Below the pieces are notes generated by a model. That model made no database searches and was not told the origin of the DNA. It worked only from the letters and a program-made list of their open reading frames with translations. From Acidimicrobiaceae bacterium (GTDB lineage Bacteria; Actinomycetota; Acidimicrobiia; Acidimicrobiales; Poriferisodalaceae), in contig PBKA01000010.1 in assembly GCA_002721305.1 (NCBI GenBank), positions 10,974-74,973 of the forward strand: a stretch of 64,000 nucleotides of DNA. Reading direction: 5' to 3'. Positions 1 to 9,651 of the stretch are shown here, one piece after another (within the stretch, counting starts at the first letter, position 1; each line of letters opens with the position of its first letter). The position numbers and the translations under genes were made by a program.

Positions 1-915
1 GATCTCATGGGCAATGACATCCACAATGCGGGTTAACTCGGCCTGAGTTGTTCGTCGTGGATCTGCGAGTAAGAGCGTTTCCCTAAACGTCACGCAGCCA
101 AGATTCTCCATTGCGCCGAAGGCAAAATCAGGAACAGCGACGAGGTCTAACTTTCCAGCAGGGTAGGGAATGTCGTAATAATCGACAAGCCACCTAAGGC
201 TGAACTCGCCGGCCTCTAACGCAAACTGAGTTAAGTCGCCTTTCCCGGGCACATGGACGATCCGAAGAGGAACTCCATCAACATCGACCGCTTCCGTTGC
301 TTCTAGTTCGCCGACGATAAAAGCCACCAAGTAGGTGGACATGATCATCGTGTCAGCGAAACGATCTTCACGACGACCGTCCTCAAGATCAGTCGAACTG
401 ACTAACTCGCCACAACTAATCGCCATCAATGAGCGATCAACCCGTAGGGTCACGGCGAAAGAAGCCTTGAGATCAGGCTCGTCAAAACAAGGAAACGCCC
501 TTCGAGCATTGGTCGACTCGAATTGGGTCGTCGCGATCACCTGTTCGTTACCTTGTTCATCCCTCCAAGTAGATCGGTAGAACCCTCTGAGCTTGTCGTT
601 GAGCGTTCCTTTGAAAGAACAAAACAGTTGAGCGTGCCCGGGTTGAAGCACAACAGGAAAAGCAAATGACGCTCTTTCGAGGTCGTCGTCAAGGCTGATC
701 GAACTCGCCTGAACTAACTCGCCCTGCTCAACTCGAACCTCTCCGATCTCCAGTTCAGCAGCATTCAGAATGATCGTGTCTGTTTCGTCGACGACTTCAA
801 GATCGATAACGACTTGACCTTCGAATGAGCTGCGACCCAGATCGGGCTCGAGCTGAATGGCGTAATGCCTAGGAAGTACCTGCCGAGGAAGTCGATGAGG
901 ATTTTGCTGGGTCAC
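1..915 (-). CDS. pepN: aminopeptidase N (M1 family), N-terminal 305 codons; the rest lies beyond the window edge
   Basis: Not in the ORF track because it runs off the window. My minus-strand translation from GTG at 915 reads VTQQNPHRLPRQVLPRHYAIQLEPDL... with no stop in 305 codons. It contains the M1 exopeptidase motif GAMEN (FGAMENLGCVTF, coded about 103-117). The last codons at the window edge read AHEI, the start of the HEXXH zinc motif. Confidence 0.85.
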   Translation of the reverse strand, partial: MTQQNPHRLPRQVLPRHYAIQLEPDLGRSSFEGQVVIDLEVVDETDTIILNAAELEIGEVRVEQGELVQASSISLDDDLERASFAFPVVLQPGHAQLFCSFKGTLNDKLRGFYRSTWRDEQGNEQVIATTQFESTNARRAFPCFDEPDLKASFAVTLRVDRSLMAISCGELVSSTDLEDGRREDRFADTMIMSTYLVAFIVGELEATEAVDVDGVPLRIVHVPGKGDLTQFALEAGEFSLRWLVDYYDIPYPAGKLDLVAVPDFAFGAMENLGCVTFRETLLLADPRRTTQAELTRIVDVIAHEI

Positions 916-920
916 AGGGC

Positions 921-970
921 GCACCCTAGCGGCCTATTGCGGACTTCATGGGGTTGAGTCGCTAGGGTGC
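921..970. repeat. perfect 11-bp inverted repeat (GCACCCTAGCG / CGCTAGGGTGC) with a 28-nt spacer in a divergent intergenic region
   Basis: Read directly: 921-931 is the exact reverse complement of 960-970. It lies between the pepN start (915, minus) and the kinase start (995, plus). Confidence 0.7.
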
Positions 971-994
971 TTTGCAGTCTGCACCGAAAGAACG

Positions 995-1993
995 ATGACC
1001 ACCTACCCGCCCAACTTAGACATCGACGTTGTCGGATTCGGTAACGCTCTTGTTGATGTCCTGTCTCACCAAGACGATGCATTTATTGATGAAATTGGTG
1101 CCATCAAGGGAGCTATGAACCTCGTAGACGGGGATCGTTCGGCCGAGTTATATGAACTCGTTGGGAAACACACAACTGTGTCGGGCGGTTCCGCAGCGAA
1201 CACCGTCATTGGCATCAATTCTCTCGGTGGCGAATGCGGCTACATAGGGCGAGTTGCCAACGACGATCTGGGCGACGTATTTGTCGCGGATATGCGCCGC
1301 TTAGCCATCGTTCACACAACACCGCGGGCTCCTTCAGAAGACCCGACCGGCCGCTGCATCGTTTTCATCACCCCCGACGGAGAGAGGACACTCAATACCT
1401 TTTTGGGAGCTTCCAACGGGCTCACTTCCTCCGATATAGATCTTGATCTGGTTAAAAGGGCCAAACTTCTCTTTTTGGAGGGTTATCTTTGGGACCCACC
1501 AGAAGCAAAAGCTGCCATGCGCTACGCGGCTTCGGAAGTCAGCGCGGGAACGAAAGTCGCTTTGACCCTCTCGGATCAATTTTGTGTCGAACGTCACCGC
1601 GACTCGTTCTTGGACCTCCTCGACGAACACGTCGACGTCGTTTTTGCTAACCACCACGAGATCATGTCTCTTTTTGAGGTTGATCAGTTCGACGTGGCTA
1701 CGGACATGATTCAGGACCGTGTCGACCTAGCTGCGATCACACTAGGTGCAGATGGATCAATCTTGATCACCCCTGATGAGCGCATCGCTATTGCTGCAGA
1801 TCCCGTGGCCAGCGTCATGGACAAAACCGGAGCCGGCGACCTTTACGCAGCAGGCGTGCTGTACGGGTTGGCACAGGGTTACGAGTTGGAACGTTGCGGA
1901 GCGCTCGGCTCTATAGCTGCTGAGGAGGTCATCGGCCACGTAGGACCGAGGCCAGAGATGTCTCTTAGGGAATTGGCAGGTGAGATCGCATAA
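995..1993 (+). CDS. PfkB-family carbohydrate/nucleoside kinase (adenosine kinase-like)
   Basis: 332-aa ORF. It has the N-terminal GFGNALVD and the C-terminal PfkB signature DKTGAGDLYAAGVLYG. Confidence 0.8.
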   Translation: MTTYPPNLDIDVVGFGNALVDVLSHQDDAFIDEIGAIKGAMNLVDGDRSAELYELVGKHTTVSGGSAANTVIGINSLGGECGYIGRVANDDLGDVFVADMRRLAIVHTTPRAPSEDPTGRCIVFITPDGERTLNTFLGASNGLTSSDIDLDLVKRAKLLFLEGYLWDPPEAKAAMRYAASEVSAGTKVALTLSDQFCVERHRDSFLDLLDEHVDVVFANHHEIMSLFEVDQFDVATDMIQDRVDLAAITLGADGSILITPDERIAIAADPVASVMDKTGAGDLYAAGVLYGLAQGYELERCGALGSIAAEEVIGHVGPRPEMSLRELAGEIA

Positions 1994-3679
1994 TCAGGTA
2001 TCGATCTCAAACCAGGCCAGGGTTGTCCTCCCGAGCGAGTCGAGGTGCTTATGACTATCGGCGCGAAGGTTCCGAAGATTTCCCCGCGGATTCGCGATGA
2101 CTTGCTCCAAATAGATTTTGACCTTCGGTTCAGTCCCGCTAGGCCGGATCGCCATTCGTACACCAGCGTCTGATCGAAATTCGAGGAGGTTGGCAGAAAA
2201 TGGATCTGGCAGCGTCGACCAATCGGTCACAGCGACTATGGGGCTTCCCATCAGATCAGTGGGAGGGTTGATTCGGAGGTTGTTGAGCGTTGCCTCGATA
2301 GCAACGGCTTCGAATTGGCCACTTACTTGTGTCGTCACATATAGACCTATTTCGAGTGCCAACTCGTCTAGGCGGGCCTACGGGTCAGTACCGCGAGAGT
2401 TCAGTTCGTACCACATTTCGAGAAATGTAATTGCCGCTGCAATACCGTCTTTGTCAAGAACTAGGTCATTGACCGAATATCCCAGTGCTTCTTCGTATCC
2501 GAATATCCAGTTGCTGTCAGATAGCGACACTGCAGGTTCCATGATCCATTTAAAGCCAGTGAGTGTGCGGACGTGTTCAACACCATGGGCGGCGCACAAT
2601 GTTCCGACCGCCTCTGAGGAAACAAATGAACTAGCTGTTAAACGGTTCTCACCAGACGTCTTCGAGAGCTGGTGATCGCATAGCAAGAGCCCCAATTCAT
2701 CACCCGTCAGTTGATGCCAACCGAGATCGGTTCTTACCGCCACAGCCAACCGGTCGGCATCTGGATCGTTGGCGACGACCAGGGGAGCGTTTGCTTTATC
2801 CGCGACAGAGTAAGCAGCGTCAAGTACCCCAGGCTCTTCGGGATTTGGAAATGGGAGGCCAGGAAATGAACCATCAGGCTCAAATTGGTTATTGACGCGA
2901 ACGGGAGACGGGATACCCGCTCGAAAGCAAGCGGCTTCCATGGTCGCACCCCCCACCCCACATAGGGGTGAGTAGACCCAATGAGGGAAGTCGCTTCTGG
3001 GGTCTCTTTGGTTACTGCTCGGTATAACGGCTTCGATATAGGCCGCAATTGCTTCGTCTCCGGAGAGAAATTCGACTTCGTCGACTGAAGCCAGATCCTC
3101 ATCGTCAGGAAGATGAGAAAAATTCATCAAGGACTCGATCTTTCGATCCTCCGGTGGTCGTATCTGAGATCCGTCGGGTCCGTAAACCTTGTAGCCACTG
3201 TCTGGGGCCGGGTTATGACTGGCTGTAACCACGATGGCACCCGCTGCGGTCCTCATCTTTTGGTGCCATACGACTACCGGAGTCGGACATGGATCGTCGA
3301 TCAGCAAGCAGGGAATTTTCAAAGCAGTCAACAACAGCGCCGTGTCCAAAGCATAAATATCGGAGTCCGGTCGGGCGTCGTACCCGATAACAACACCACT
3401 CCGCGCTAGGCCAAGATCGAGAAGGTGTAACCCGATAGCGCGTGCCGTCACGCGTACCGTCACCCGATTCATGTGGGACGGTCCGACACCGCGTGGTGCC
3501 CTGAGACCCGCTGTTCCGAATTGAAGCTTTGTGGAAAAATACTGATCTAGGAATACGGAGTCAGAAGCCCTTTCGGCAACGATGGACTTCCCAGATGAAT
3601 CCGGATCCGCGACAATCCAGGCTGCGGGTTGAACCACAAGTCCCGGTACCACATCAGTCACCAACTCATCCTGCCTCAT
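1994..3679 (-). pseudogene. alpha-D-phosphohexomutase (phosphoglucomutase/phosphomannomutase family) interrupted by an in-frame TAG at 2378-2380
   Basis: ORF 2378-3679 carries the catalytic-Ser loop TASHNPAPDSGYKVY. ORF 1994-2362 carries the domain-IV phosphate-binding loop RPSGTEPKVKIY. Both are in the same frame. The reading across the junction is ...LNSRGTDP * ARLDELALEIGLY... Confidence 0.7.
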
Positions 3680-3718
3680 CAGGCACGCTAGCGTTGCTCA
3701 TTCACCGTTGATAAACCG

Positions 3719-5107
3719 ATGCTTTTCCCAACGCTGGCCTTTGGCCTTTTCTTTGTCGCCGTCTACCTACTCAACTGGTTGACGCGCCCGCACCCCTTGG
3801 TTTGGCGCATCACCATCTTTGGATCAAGTCTCTTCTTTTATGCCTGGTGGAACTGGCGCTTCGTTTTCCTCCTCTTGTGGGCTATCACATCAAATTGGTG
3901 CGCAGGAAATCAGATCGACAAGTGCCTCCGGCTCCAAAATACTCAAGGAGCACGAGGCTGGTTACGAACTGCAATCGTGAGTGACTTGGCGATGCTCGGA
4001 GTATTCAAGTACTACGACTTCTTCGCTTTAGAGCTTTCGAACTTGCTCGGTGCCGACACTTCTATTCCGTTGTTGGAGTTGACATTGCCCGTGGGAGTTT
4101 CCTTTTTCACCTTCCAAGCAATGAGTTACGTAATCGACTTGAAGCGGCGTCTAGTGAAACCAATGCCATTCCTTGATTTCGCTGTCTACCTCTCATTCTT
4201 TCCGCAGCTAGTGGCCGGTCCCATAGTTCGAGCCTCGGAGATGGCGCCTCAAATAGCTCAACGTCCTGACCCTCGGACGGTCCCGTCGACTGAAGCCTTT
4301 CACCTGATACTCCGGGGCTTGTTCAAGAAGGTGGTGATTTCTAGTTGGCTGGCAAGCACCTTGGTAGACAACGTTTTTGCCAATCCCGACGGTCATAGCA
4401 GTCACGATGTTCTGCTTGGCGTCTATGGCTACGCGATCCAGATCTATGCTGATTTCTCAGGGTATACAGACATCGCAATTGGTGTTGCACTACTGCTGGG
4501 CTTTCGGTTCCCCACAAACTTCGACTGTCCCTACCGTGCGCTTTCGCTGAGAGACTTCTGGAAAAGGTGGCATATAACGCTTTCCTCGTGGTTGCGTGAC
4601 TACCTCTACATTCCACTAGGAGGCAACCGCGGCCGAAACTCGGAGACCTATCGGAACCTTCTCATCACCATGGTCCTAGGAGGGCTCTGGCACGGCAGCA
4701 CCTGGAACTTCGTGATTTGGGGAATGATCCACGGGGTCGCTCTCATGATCGAACGGTTGCTACCGAATCGGGATATTCACCCGATGTTCAGATGGGTAAT
4801 CACGTTCCATGTCGTGTGCTTCGCGTGGGTCTTTTTCAGAGCTGAGTCATTCGCCGCTGCTCTGGATGTGTTGGCTGCCATATTCTCCTCCCCGGGTAAC
4901 GATCAGATTTCAAGCTTTCCCATCGTGTTGGTTATCGGCTTCGCTCTAGCTGCCCAATTCGCCCCTAAATCGGAAGTAGCGCGGCTCAAAAACCGCCTGA
5001 ATCGGTCTGGGATTGCGACGCAAGGGTTGGCATTCGGGATCGGACTTGTTCTCATCGACTTGCTCGGTCCCGACGGAGTCGCCCCCTTTATTTACTTTCA
5101 ATTCTGA
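3719..5107 (+). CDS. MBOAT-family membrane O-acyltransferase (AlgI/DltB/PatA-like)
   Basis: 462-aa polytopic ORF with MBOAT hallmarks WHITLSSWLRDYLYIPLGGNRG and GGLWHGSTWNFVIWG (conserved His). Confidence 0.85.
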   Translation: MLFPTLAFGLFFVAVYLLNWLTRPHPLVWRITIFGSSLFFYAWWNWRFVFLLLWAITSNWCAGNQIDKCLRLQNTQGARGWLRTAIVSDLAMLGVFKYYDFFALELSNLLGADTSIPLLELTLPVGVSFFTFQAMSYVIDLKRRLVKPMPFLDFAVYLSFFPQLVAGPIVRASEMAPQIAQRPDPRTVPSTEAFHLILRGLFKKVVISSWLASTLVDNVFANPDGHSSHDVLLGVYGYAIQIYADFSGYTDIAIGVALLLGFRFPTNFDCPYRALSLRDFWKRWHITLSSWLRDYLYIPLGGNRGRNSETYRNLLITMVLGGLWHGSTWNFVIWGMIHGVALMIERLLPNRDIHPMFRWVITFHVVCFAWVFFRAESFAAALDVLAAIFSSPGNDQISSFPIVLVIGFALAAQFAPKSEVARLKNRLNRSGIATQGLAFGIGLVLIDLLGPDGVAPFIYFQF

Positions 5108-6189
5108 TGAACAACACATTCGACCACCGAACGGACCATCCGCCAAACCTCAATGGTTTCGCCGCTGGTCGAGTATTTGCGGGTGGTCTGTTGGGTTTGG
5201 GTGTGGCAATTTGTCTCAATTCTTCAATCCTGCTTGCTGAAGCGGAACGCCTTCCAGATAGCACCAGTCGATCAATATCAGTAGCTGTATGGACACCCAT
5301 AGAATCTGTAGCTTCCCCCCTGAAATTGACGTGGCCCAGAGAAATAGGTGATCGCTTACTCGGCCGAGCAAAAGATGAACAGCAGATAACTCTGATCCGT
5401 GAACAAGTCGAAATGACCACCGAGACGAACCTCGAACAGGAAGAACTGGTTGTTGAATCAGTGCAAAAGGAGCGAAGAAGCGAAGCTTCATCTTCAACGT
5501 CAGCAAGCGAACCAGTCGATTCCCCATGGACCGAAGACAATCCACTCGATGTTTGGGTGGCGGGCGACTCAATGGTCCAGTTTTTTGGCGAAACGTTCGT
5601 ATCGATGGTCGAAAAATCCCCCGTAGTGGAAGGAACATCAGAACCACAGCTGTCAAGTGGACTGAGCCGACCCGATTACTTCGACTGGCCCACGCGTATC
5701 GCCGAGATAATGACCGAACATGACCCGGACGTGATCGTCCTTATGTTCGGTGGTAACGACGCACAAAATATTAGAACAGCTGACAGTCGATGGCTTGAGC
5801 GGTTTAGTGCCCCGTGGACTGACGAATATCGACGCCGCGTGGGATTAGTTATGGACATCGCAACGGCGGACGAAGAGCGAATTGTTTTGTGGGTTGGCCA
5901 ACCGCCGATGCGCGCAGCAGGCTTCGATACCCGTATGCAACTACTCAACGAGGTGTATCAAGCGGAAGCTGACGAAAGACTAGGTGTCCACTACGTGGAC
6001 CTCCGATCTATGTTTACGGACGCGTCAGGCAAATATGCTAGGTACCTCCCGGATTCATCTGGAAAACTCGTGGATGTGCGGTTAAGCGATGGAGTGCACC
6101 TAAGCCACTGGGGTGGCGAGTGGCTCTCCAAGTTACTGCTAGCTGAAATCAGTCGTGCGAGTGATGGTGTCGGGGAACTATGGCCCTAG
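5107..6189 (+). CDS. membrane-anchored SGNH/GDSL-type hydrolase or acyltransferase (DUF459-like)
   Basis: N-terminal hydrophobic anchor (GRVFAGGLLGLGVAICL). SGNH blocks VWVAGDSM, MFGGNDAQN and SDGVHLS. TGATG stop/start overlap with the MBOAT gene. Confidence 0.7.
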   Translation: MNNTFDHRTDHPPNLNGFAAGRVFAGGLLGLGVAICLNSSILLAEAERLPDSTSRSISVAVWTPIESVASPLKLTWPREIGDRLLGRAKDEQQITLIREQVEMTTETNLEQEELVVESVQKERRSEASSSTSASEPVDSPWTEDNPLDVWVAGDSMVQFFGETFVSMVEKSPVVEGTSEPQLSSGLSRPDYFDWPTRIAEIMTEHDPDVIVLMFGGNDAQNIRTADSRWLERFSAPWTDEYRRRVGLVMDIATADEERIVLWVGQPPMRAAGFDTRMQLLNEVYQAEADERLGVHYVDLRSMFTDASGKYARYLPDSSGKLVDVRLSDGVHLSHWGGEWLSKLLLAEISRASDGVGELWP

Positions 6190-7058
6190 CCAAGTACCGG
6201 GCTGCGGTGGTCCTCGTGGTGGCGGTATCGGTGAGTTGGTCCGTCAACGGTTCAATCTGGGCCGAAGAAACCGAAAAAGAAGTTCAGTTAGATGATGGAA
6301 ACTCCGCACCGATGTTCGATCCATGGGGTGCCCCCGTTCAACGCTGGCCGGATCTACTCTCATCACAACTCGGCGAAGACAAGACTTACTACTACTGGAC
6401 TCGCGAAGATCGAAAGTCGCTTCTACGCAGCGGAACAAACCAAAGACCACTAAATATCTGGGTCGGCGGTGACTCACTTGCTGGCGGCGCGGCACTCGGA
6501 TTCAGGGAACTAGTGCGGCTCGAGAGTCGATGGCTTTACACCGAGGACGTTCGAAAATCGACCGGCATCGTCAGTGACTGGTACTTCGATTGGGAGGCCT
6601 ATTTGGACGACGAAGTAGCGAATGGACCCTACGAGGTAATCGTTATTTCGATTGGAGGCAACGACTGGCAAGGATTTCGTGGTGGACCGACCGAGAAGGG
6701 GAGTCCGGACTGGGTGGAGAAATATCGCTCCAGAGTTACTCGAATCTTGCAAATTCTCGACCGCCCGGGTCGACTCGTTATATGGGTGGGCATGCCCCAC
6801 TTCCGTATTCCCTTCATGGTGCCGCTACCAGACGCGGTCAACCCCATTACCGAAGAGGTTTTTGGAGATGGGGAACGCTCCTCGTGGATAGATGCAGCCG
6901 CCATTGTTTCGCCAGACGGCTTTTGGACGAAGTCCATAATGGACGATGACGGCAAAGAGATCGAGGTGCGAACCCAAGATGGAACCCACTACCAATCCAA
7001 TGGCGCGCGCCTAATTGCCGGTGCCGTTGTCGCTGCTATAGAAGAACGGACGCGCTAA
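6180..7058 (+). CDS. secreted SGNH/GDSL-type hydrolase or acyltransferase (DUF459-like), paralog of the upstream gene
   Basis: Signal-peptide-like N-terminus (AAVVLVVAVSVSWSVNG). SGNH blocks IWVGGDSLAGG, ISIGGNDWQ and QDGTHYQ. 10-nt overlap with the upstream gene. Confidence 0.7.
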   Translation: MALAKYRAAVVLVVAVSVSWSVNGSIWAEETEKEVQLDDGNSAPMFDPWGAPVQRWPDLLSSQLGEDKTYYYWTREDRKSLLRSGTNQRPLNIWVGGDSLAGGAALGFRELVRLESRWLYTEDVRKSTGIVSDWYFDWEAYLDDEVANGPYEVIVISIGGNDWQGFRGGPTEKGSPDWVEKYRSRVTRILQILDRPGRLVIWVGMPHFRIPFMVPLPDAVNPITEEVFGDGERSSWIDAAAIVSPDGFWTKSIMDDDGKEIEVRTQDGTHYQSNGARLIAGAVVAAIEERTR

Positions 7059-7075
7059 AGCGCGTCACACGATGG

Positions 7076-7162
7076 TCAGCCTCTACCGCAGTTCGGTCTT
7101 TTGCCGTGGTTGGCTTTGCTGCGGCGAGCGCGAAGTTTTCTTTTCTTTGTGCGCTTCGACAT
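7076..7162 (-). CDS. 28-aa highly basic protein resembling actinobacterial ribosomal protein bL37
   Basis: Not in the ORF track (shorter than 60 aa). Manual translation from ATG (7162) to TGA (7076-7078) gives MSKRTKKRKLRARRSKANHGKRPNCGRG. The ANHGKRPN tail and the MSKR..K.R start match my memory of mycobacterial bL37. Confidence 0.55.
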   Translation of the reverse strand: MSKRTKKRKLRARRSKANHGKRPNCGRG

Positions 7163-7229
7163 GTCGACAAGGTTAGCGGGGCTTCTGGTGATTCCCTAAA
7201 GGACCCAAAGCCGTCCAATTTGCCGATGA

Positions 7230-8369
7230 CTAATTGACTGCGCCGACCTCCTTCAATTTTTCGACGTCTTCGCTCGAAAATCCCCAATCAGTCAAAACTT
7301 CAACCGTGTGCTGGCCGGGTGCCGGCGGTGGCATTTGCACCTCACCCGGGGTGCGACTGAACTTAGGCGCTGGTCCGGGTTGAACTACTCCGTCAACTTC
7401 GACGAAGGAACCCCTAGCGACGTTATGAGGGTGCGACGGTGCTTCTGATAAATCGAGAACCGGTGCGTAACAAACATCACTTCCCAACATGATGGCGTCC
7501 CATTCATCACGACTTTTCGACTTGATAATTTCGGCCAACCGCTCCCTTTTGTGACCCCAATCGCTTTGGTCGTTTCGATCCTCTGTAGATGCGTCCGCCA
7601 AACCGGTGAGTTCGAGCAGCTCATCGTGAAACTTCCCTTCGATCGAACCGACGGAAACGAACTTTCCATCCGAAGTTTCATAGACCCCGTAGTAGTAGGA
7701 ACCTCCGTCCAGGACATTGTCCTCTCGTTGATCAGACCAATGTCCCGATGCGTGCATGCCATAAATCGAACCCATCAAGGAGGCCGCCCCTTCGGTCATT
7801 GCAGCATCGACAACCTGTCCCTCACCCGATGTCTTAGCCTCAAGTAAAGCAGCGCATACCCCGAAGGCTAAATAGATCCCGCCGCCGCCGAAGTCACCGA
7901 CCAGGTTTAAAGGAGGAGACGGCTTGTCGGCAGATCCGATCGCGTGGAGTGCGCCGGTAAGCGCGATGTAATTGATGTCATGTCCAGCAGCGTGCGCGAG
8001 GGGGCCTTCTTGACCCCAGCCCGTCATGCGCCCATAAACCAGCTTAGGATTTCGCGCAAGGCATTCTTCGGGTCCTAGACCAAGACGCTCTGTTACACCT
8101 GGACGGAAACCTTCGATCAAAGCATCCGCTTCTTCAACGAGTTTGAGGACAGTTTCGACCCCATCAGGATTCTTGAGGTCAACTGAAACTGATCGGCGAC
8201 TGCGATTCAGAACACTGAATTTTCGACCCCGGTCGATTCCGAGGTCCACCTGGGTCATACGATCAATTCGAACGACGTCCGCTCCCAGGTCGGCCAACAA
8301 CATCGCGCAAAACGGACCCGGCCCAATGCCAGCTAACTCAACAACTTTGACTCCGCTTAATGGTCCCAC
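7230..8369 (-). CDS. family III CoA-transferase (CaiB/BaiF; alpha-methylacyl-CoA racemase-like)
   Basis: 379 aa. The N-terminus [37 protein letters not shown] is typical of the family. Confidence 0.8.
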   Translation of the reverse strand: MGPLSGVKVVELAGIGPGPFCAMLLADLGADVVRIDRMTQVDLGIDRGRKFSVLNRSRRSVSVDLKNPDGVETVLKLVEEADALIEGFRPGVTERLGLGPEECLARNPKLVYGRMTGWGQEGPLAHAAGHDINYIALTGALHAIGSADKPSPPLNLVGDFGGGGIYLAFGVCAALLEAKTSGEGQVVDAAMTEGAASLMGSIYGMHASGHWSDQREDNVLDGGSYYYGVYETSDGKFVSVGSIEGKFHDELLELTGLADASTEDRNDQSDWGHKRERLAEIIKSKSRDEWDAIMLGSDVCYAPVLDLSEAPSHPHNVARGSFVEVDGVVQPGPAPKFSRTPGEVQMPPPAPGQHTVEVLTDWGFSSEDVEKLKEVGAVN

Positions 8370-8474
8370 ATCATCCTCCCCGAATGACTTCGTCTCTAGA
8401 TTCTTTCACAGGCTCAAGTACCGTTCACAGCCGTTGGATGACTTCGCTGCGCGCGACGGTAACCTCGCCTGCCA

Positions 8475-9557
8475 ATGGAAAGATTCGGATTCGTTGGGTT
8501 ACCCAATGCGGGTAAGTCGTCACTCTTCAACGCCTTAGCGGGCGGAGGAGCACTTGCTGCTCCCTACGCATTCGCCACCACGGACCCAAATGTGGGAGTC
8601 GTTAAGGTCCCCGACCATCGTCTCGAAGCCCTCGCGGAGATGAGCGGAAGCGAAAAAATTGTCAACTCTACAACTGAGTTCGTCGATATTGGAGGCCTAG
8701 TAGAGGGCGCTAGCCAAGGAGAAGGCCTAGGCAACAAGTTTCTTGCTGGTATCAGAGAGGTGGATGCCCTCGTGTTGGTTCTCCGAACTTTCGGTGATGC
8801 TGATGTACCCGGCCCCACTGATCCCCTAGAACACCTACGCGTCGTGGAGATCGAACTGACTCTTGCAGATCTCGAATCAGTTGAATCCCGCATCGATCGT
8901 CGACGCAAAGCCCTGCGTGCTGACCCTCGAGATCACGGACTCGTAGCTGAAGTTGATGCTCTCGAGTCGGCATTACAACTACTTTCGGACGGCACCCCGC
9001 TCTATAGGGCCGATCTGTCGCAAGATCGTCGAGCCGCTCTTCAAGAACACTTCCTGCTCACAAATAAACCGGTCATGGCAGTCCTGAACATAGGAGAAGA
9101 TCAATTAGCCGGAGCTTCTGAACTCGCGTCGGAACTCGGCGCAGCGCTCCCCGGTTGTGAAGTTCTACCCCTTTCCGTTCAACTTGAAGCTGAAGCTGCA
9201 ATGCTGCCGGAAGAAGAAAGGGCCGAGCTCCTAGAGGGGCTAGGCCTGGGAGAAGGCGCTCTGCCGGTATTCGTGCGCGCTGCACATGACTTGCTTGGCC
9301 TTCGTACCTTCTTGACCACTGGAGAAAAAGAGTCACGGGCGTGGACCTTTAAGCATGGCTGGAAGGCACCACAATGCGCAGGGCGAATTCACACAGACTT
9401 TGAGCGAGGATTTATTCGAGCCGAAGTGATCGCCCACAATGACTTACTTGCTCTGGGGTCATGGGTGGCGGCACGAGAGGCCGGACAGTTACGTCTTGAA
9501 GGTAAGGACTATGAGATGAAAGACGGGGACGTCGTCGAATTCCGCTTCAATGTGTGA
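8475..9557 (+). CDS. ychF: ribosome-binding ATPase YchF
   Basis: P-loop GLPNAGKSSLFNAL. C-terminal YchF/TGS region RAWTFKHGWKAPQCAGRIHTDFERGFIRAEV. Confidence 0.9.
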   Translation: MERFGFVGLPNAGKSSLFNALAGGGALAAPYAFATTDPNVGVVKVPDHRLEALAEMSGSEKIVNSTTEFVDIGGLVEGASQGEGLGNKFLAGIREVDALVLVLRTFGDADVPGPTDPLEHLRVVEIELTLADLESVESRIDRRRKALRADPRDHGLVAEVDALESALQLLSDGTPLYRADLSQDRRAALQEHFLLTNKPVMAVLNIGEDQLAGASELASELGAALPGCEVLPLSVQLEAEAAMLPEEERAELLEGLGLGEGALPVFVRAAHDLLGLRTFLTTGEKESRAWTFKHGWKAPQCAGRIHTDFERGFIRAEVIAHNDLLALGSWVAAREAGQLRLEGKDYEMKDGDVVEFRFNV

Positions 9558-9651
9558 TGAACAGAACGCGTTACCAATCATGATGGTGATCTTTTCGGAG
9601 CTTGGGTTTCGATTCACCGCCCGATGACACAATGGTTTGAGGTTAGGTGCG

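Noticed and set aside
335-580. 81-aa plus-strand ORF listed in the track
   Set aside because: It lies entirely antisense to the well-supported pepN reading frame (GAMEN/HEXXH motifs on the minus strand). Its Ser/Arg-rich composition is typical of shadow ORFs.
2118-2675. 185-aa plus-strand ORF, and similar long antisense ORFs elsewhere (e.g. 10720-11319, 13433-14035, 34124-34750, 51145-51741, 54727-55371, 61201-61842)
   Set aside because: Each is antisense to a gene with clear family motifs. They are rich in Arg/Ser/Pro, have no recognisable motifs and are the usual shadow frames of moderately GC-rich DNA.
7036-7287. 83-aa minus-strand ORF in the track, and the 65-aa ORF at 15343-15540
   Set aside because: Neither has a recognisable motif. 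Each overlaps a much better small-protein candidate (bL37-like or bS22-like) in a different frame, and 7036-7287 also runs into the 3' end of the CoA-transferase gene.
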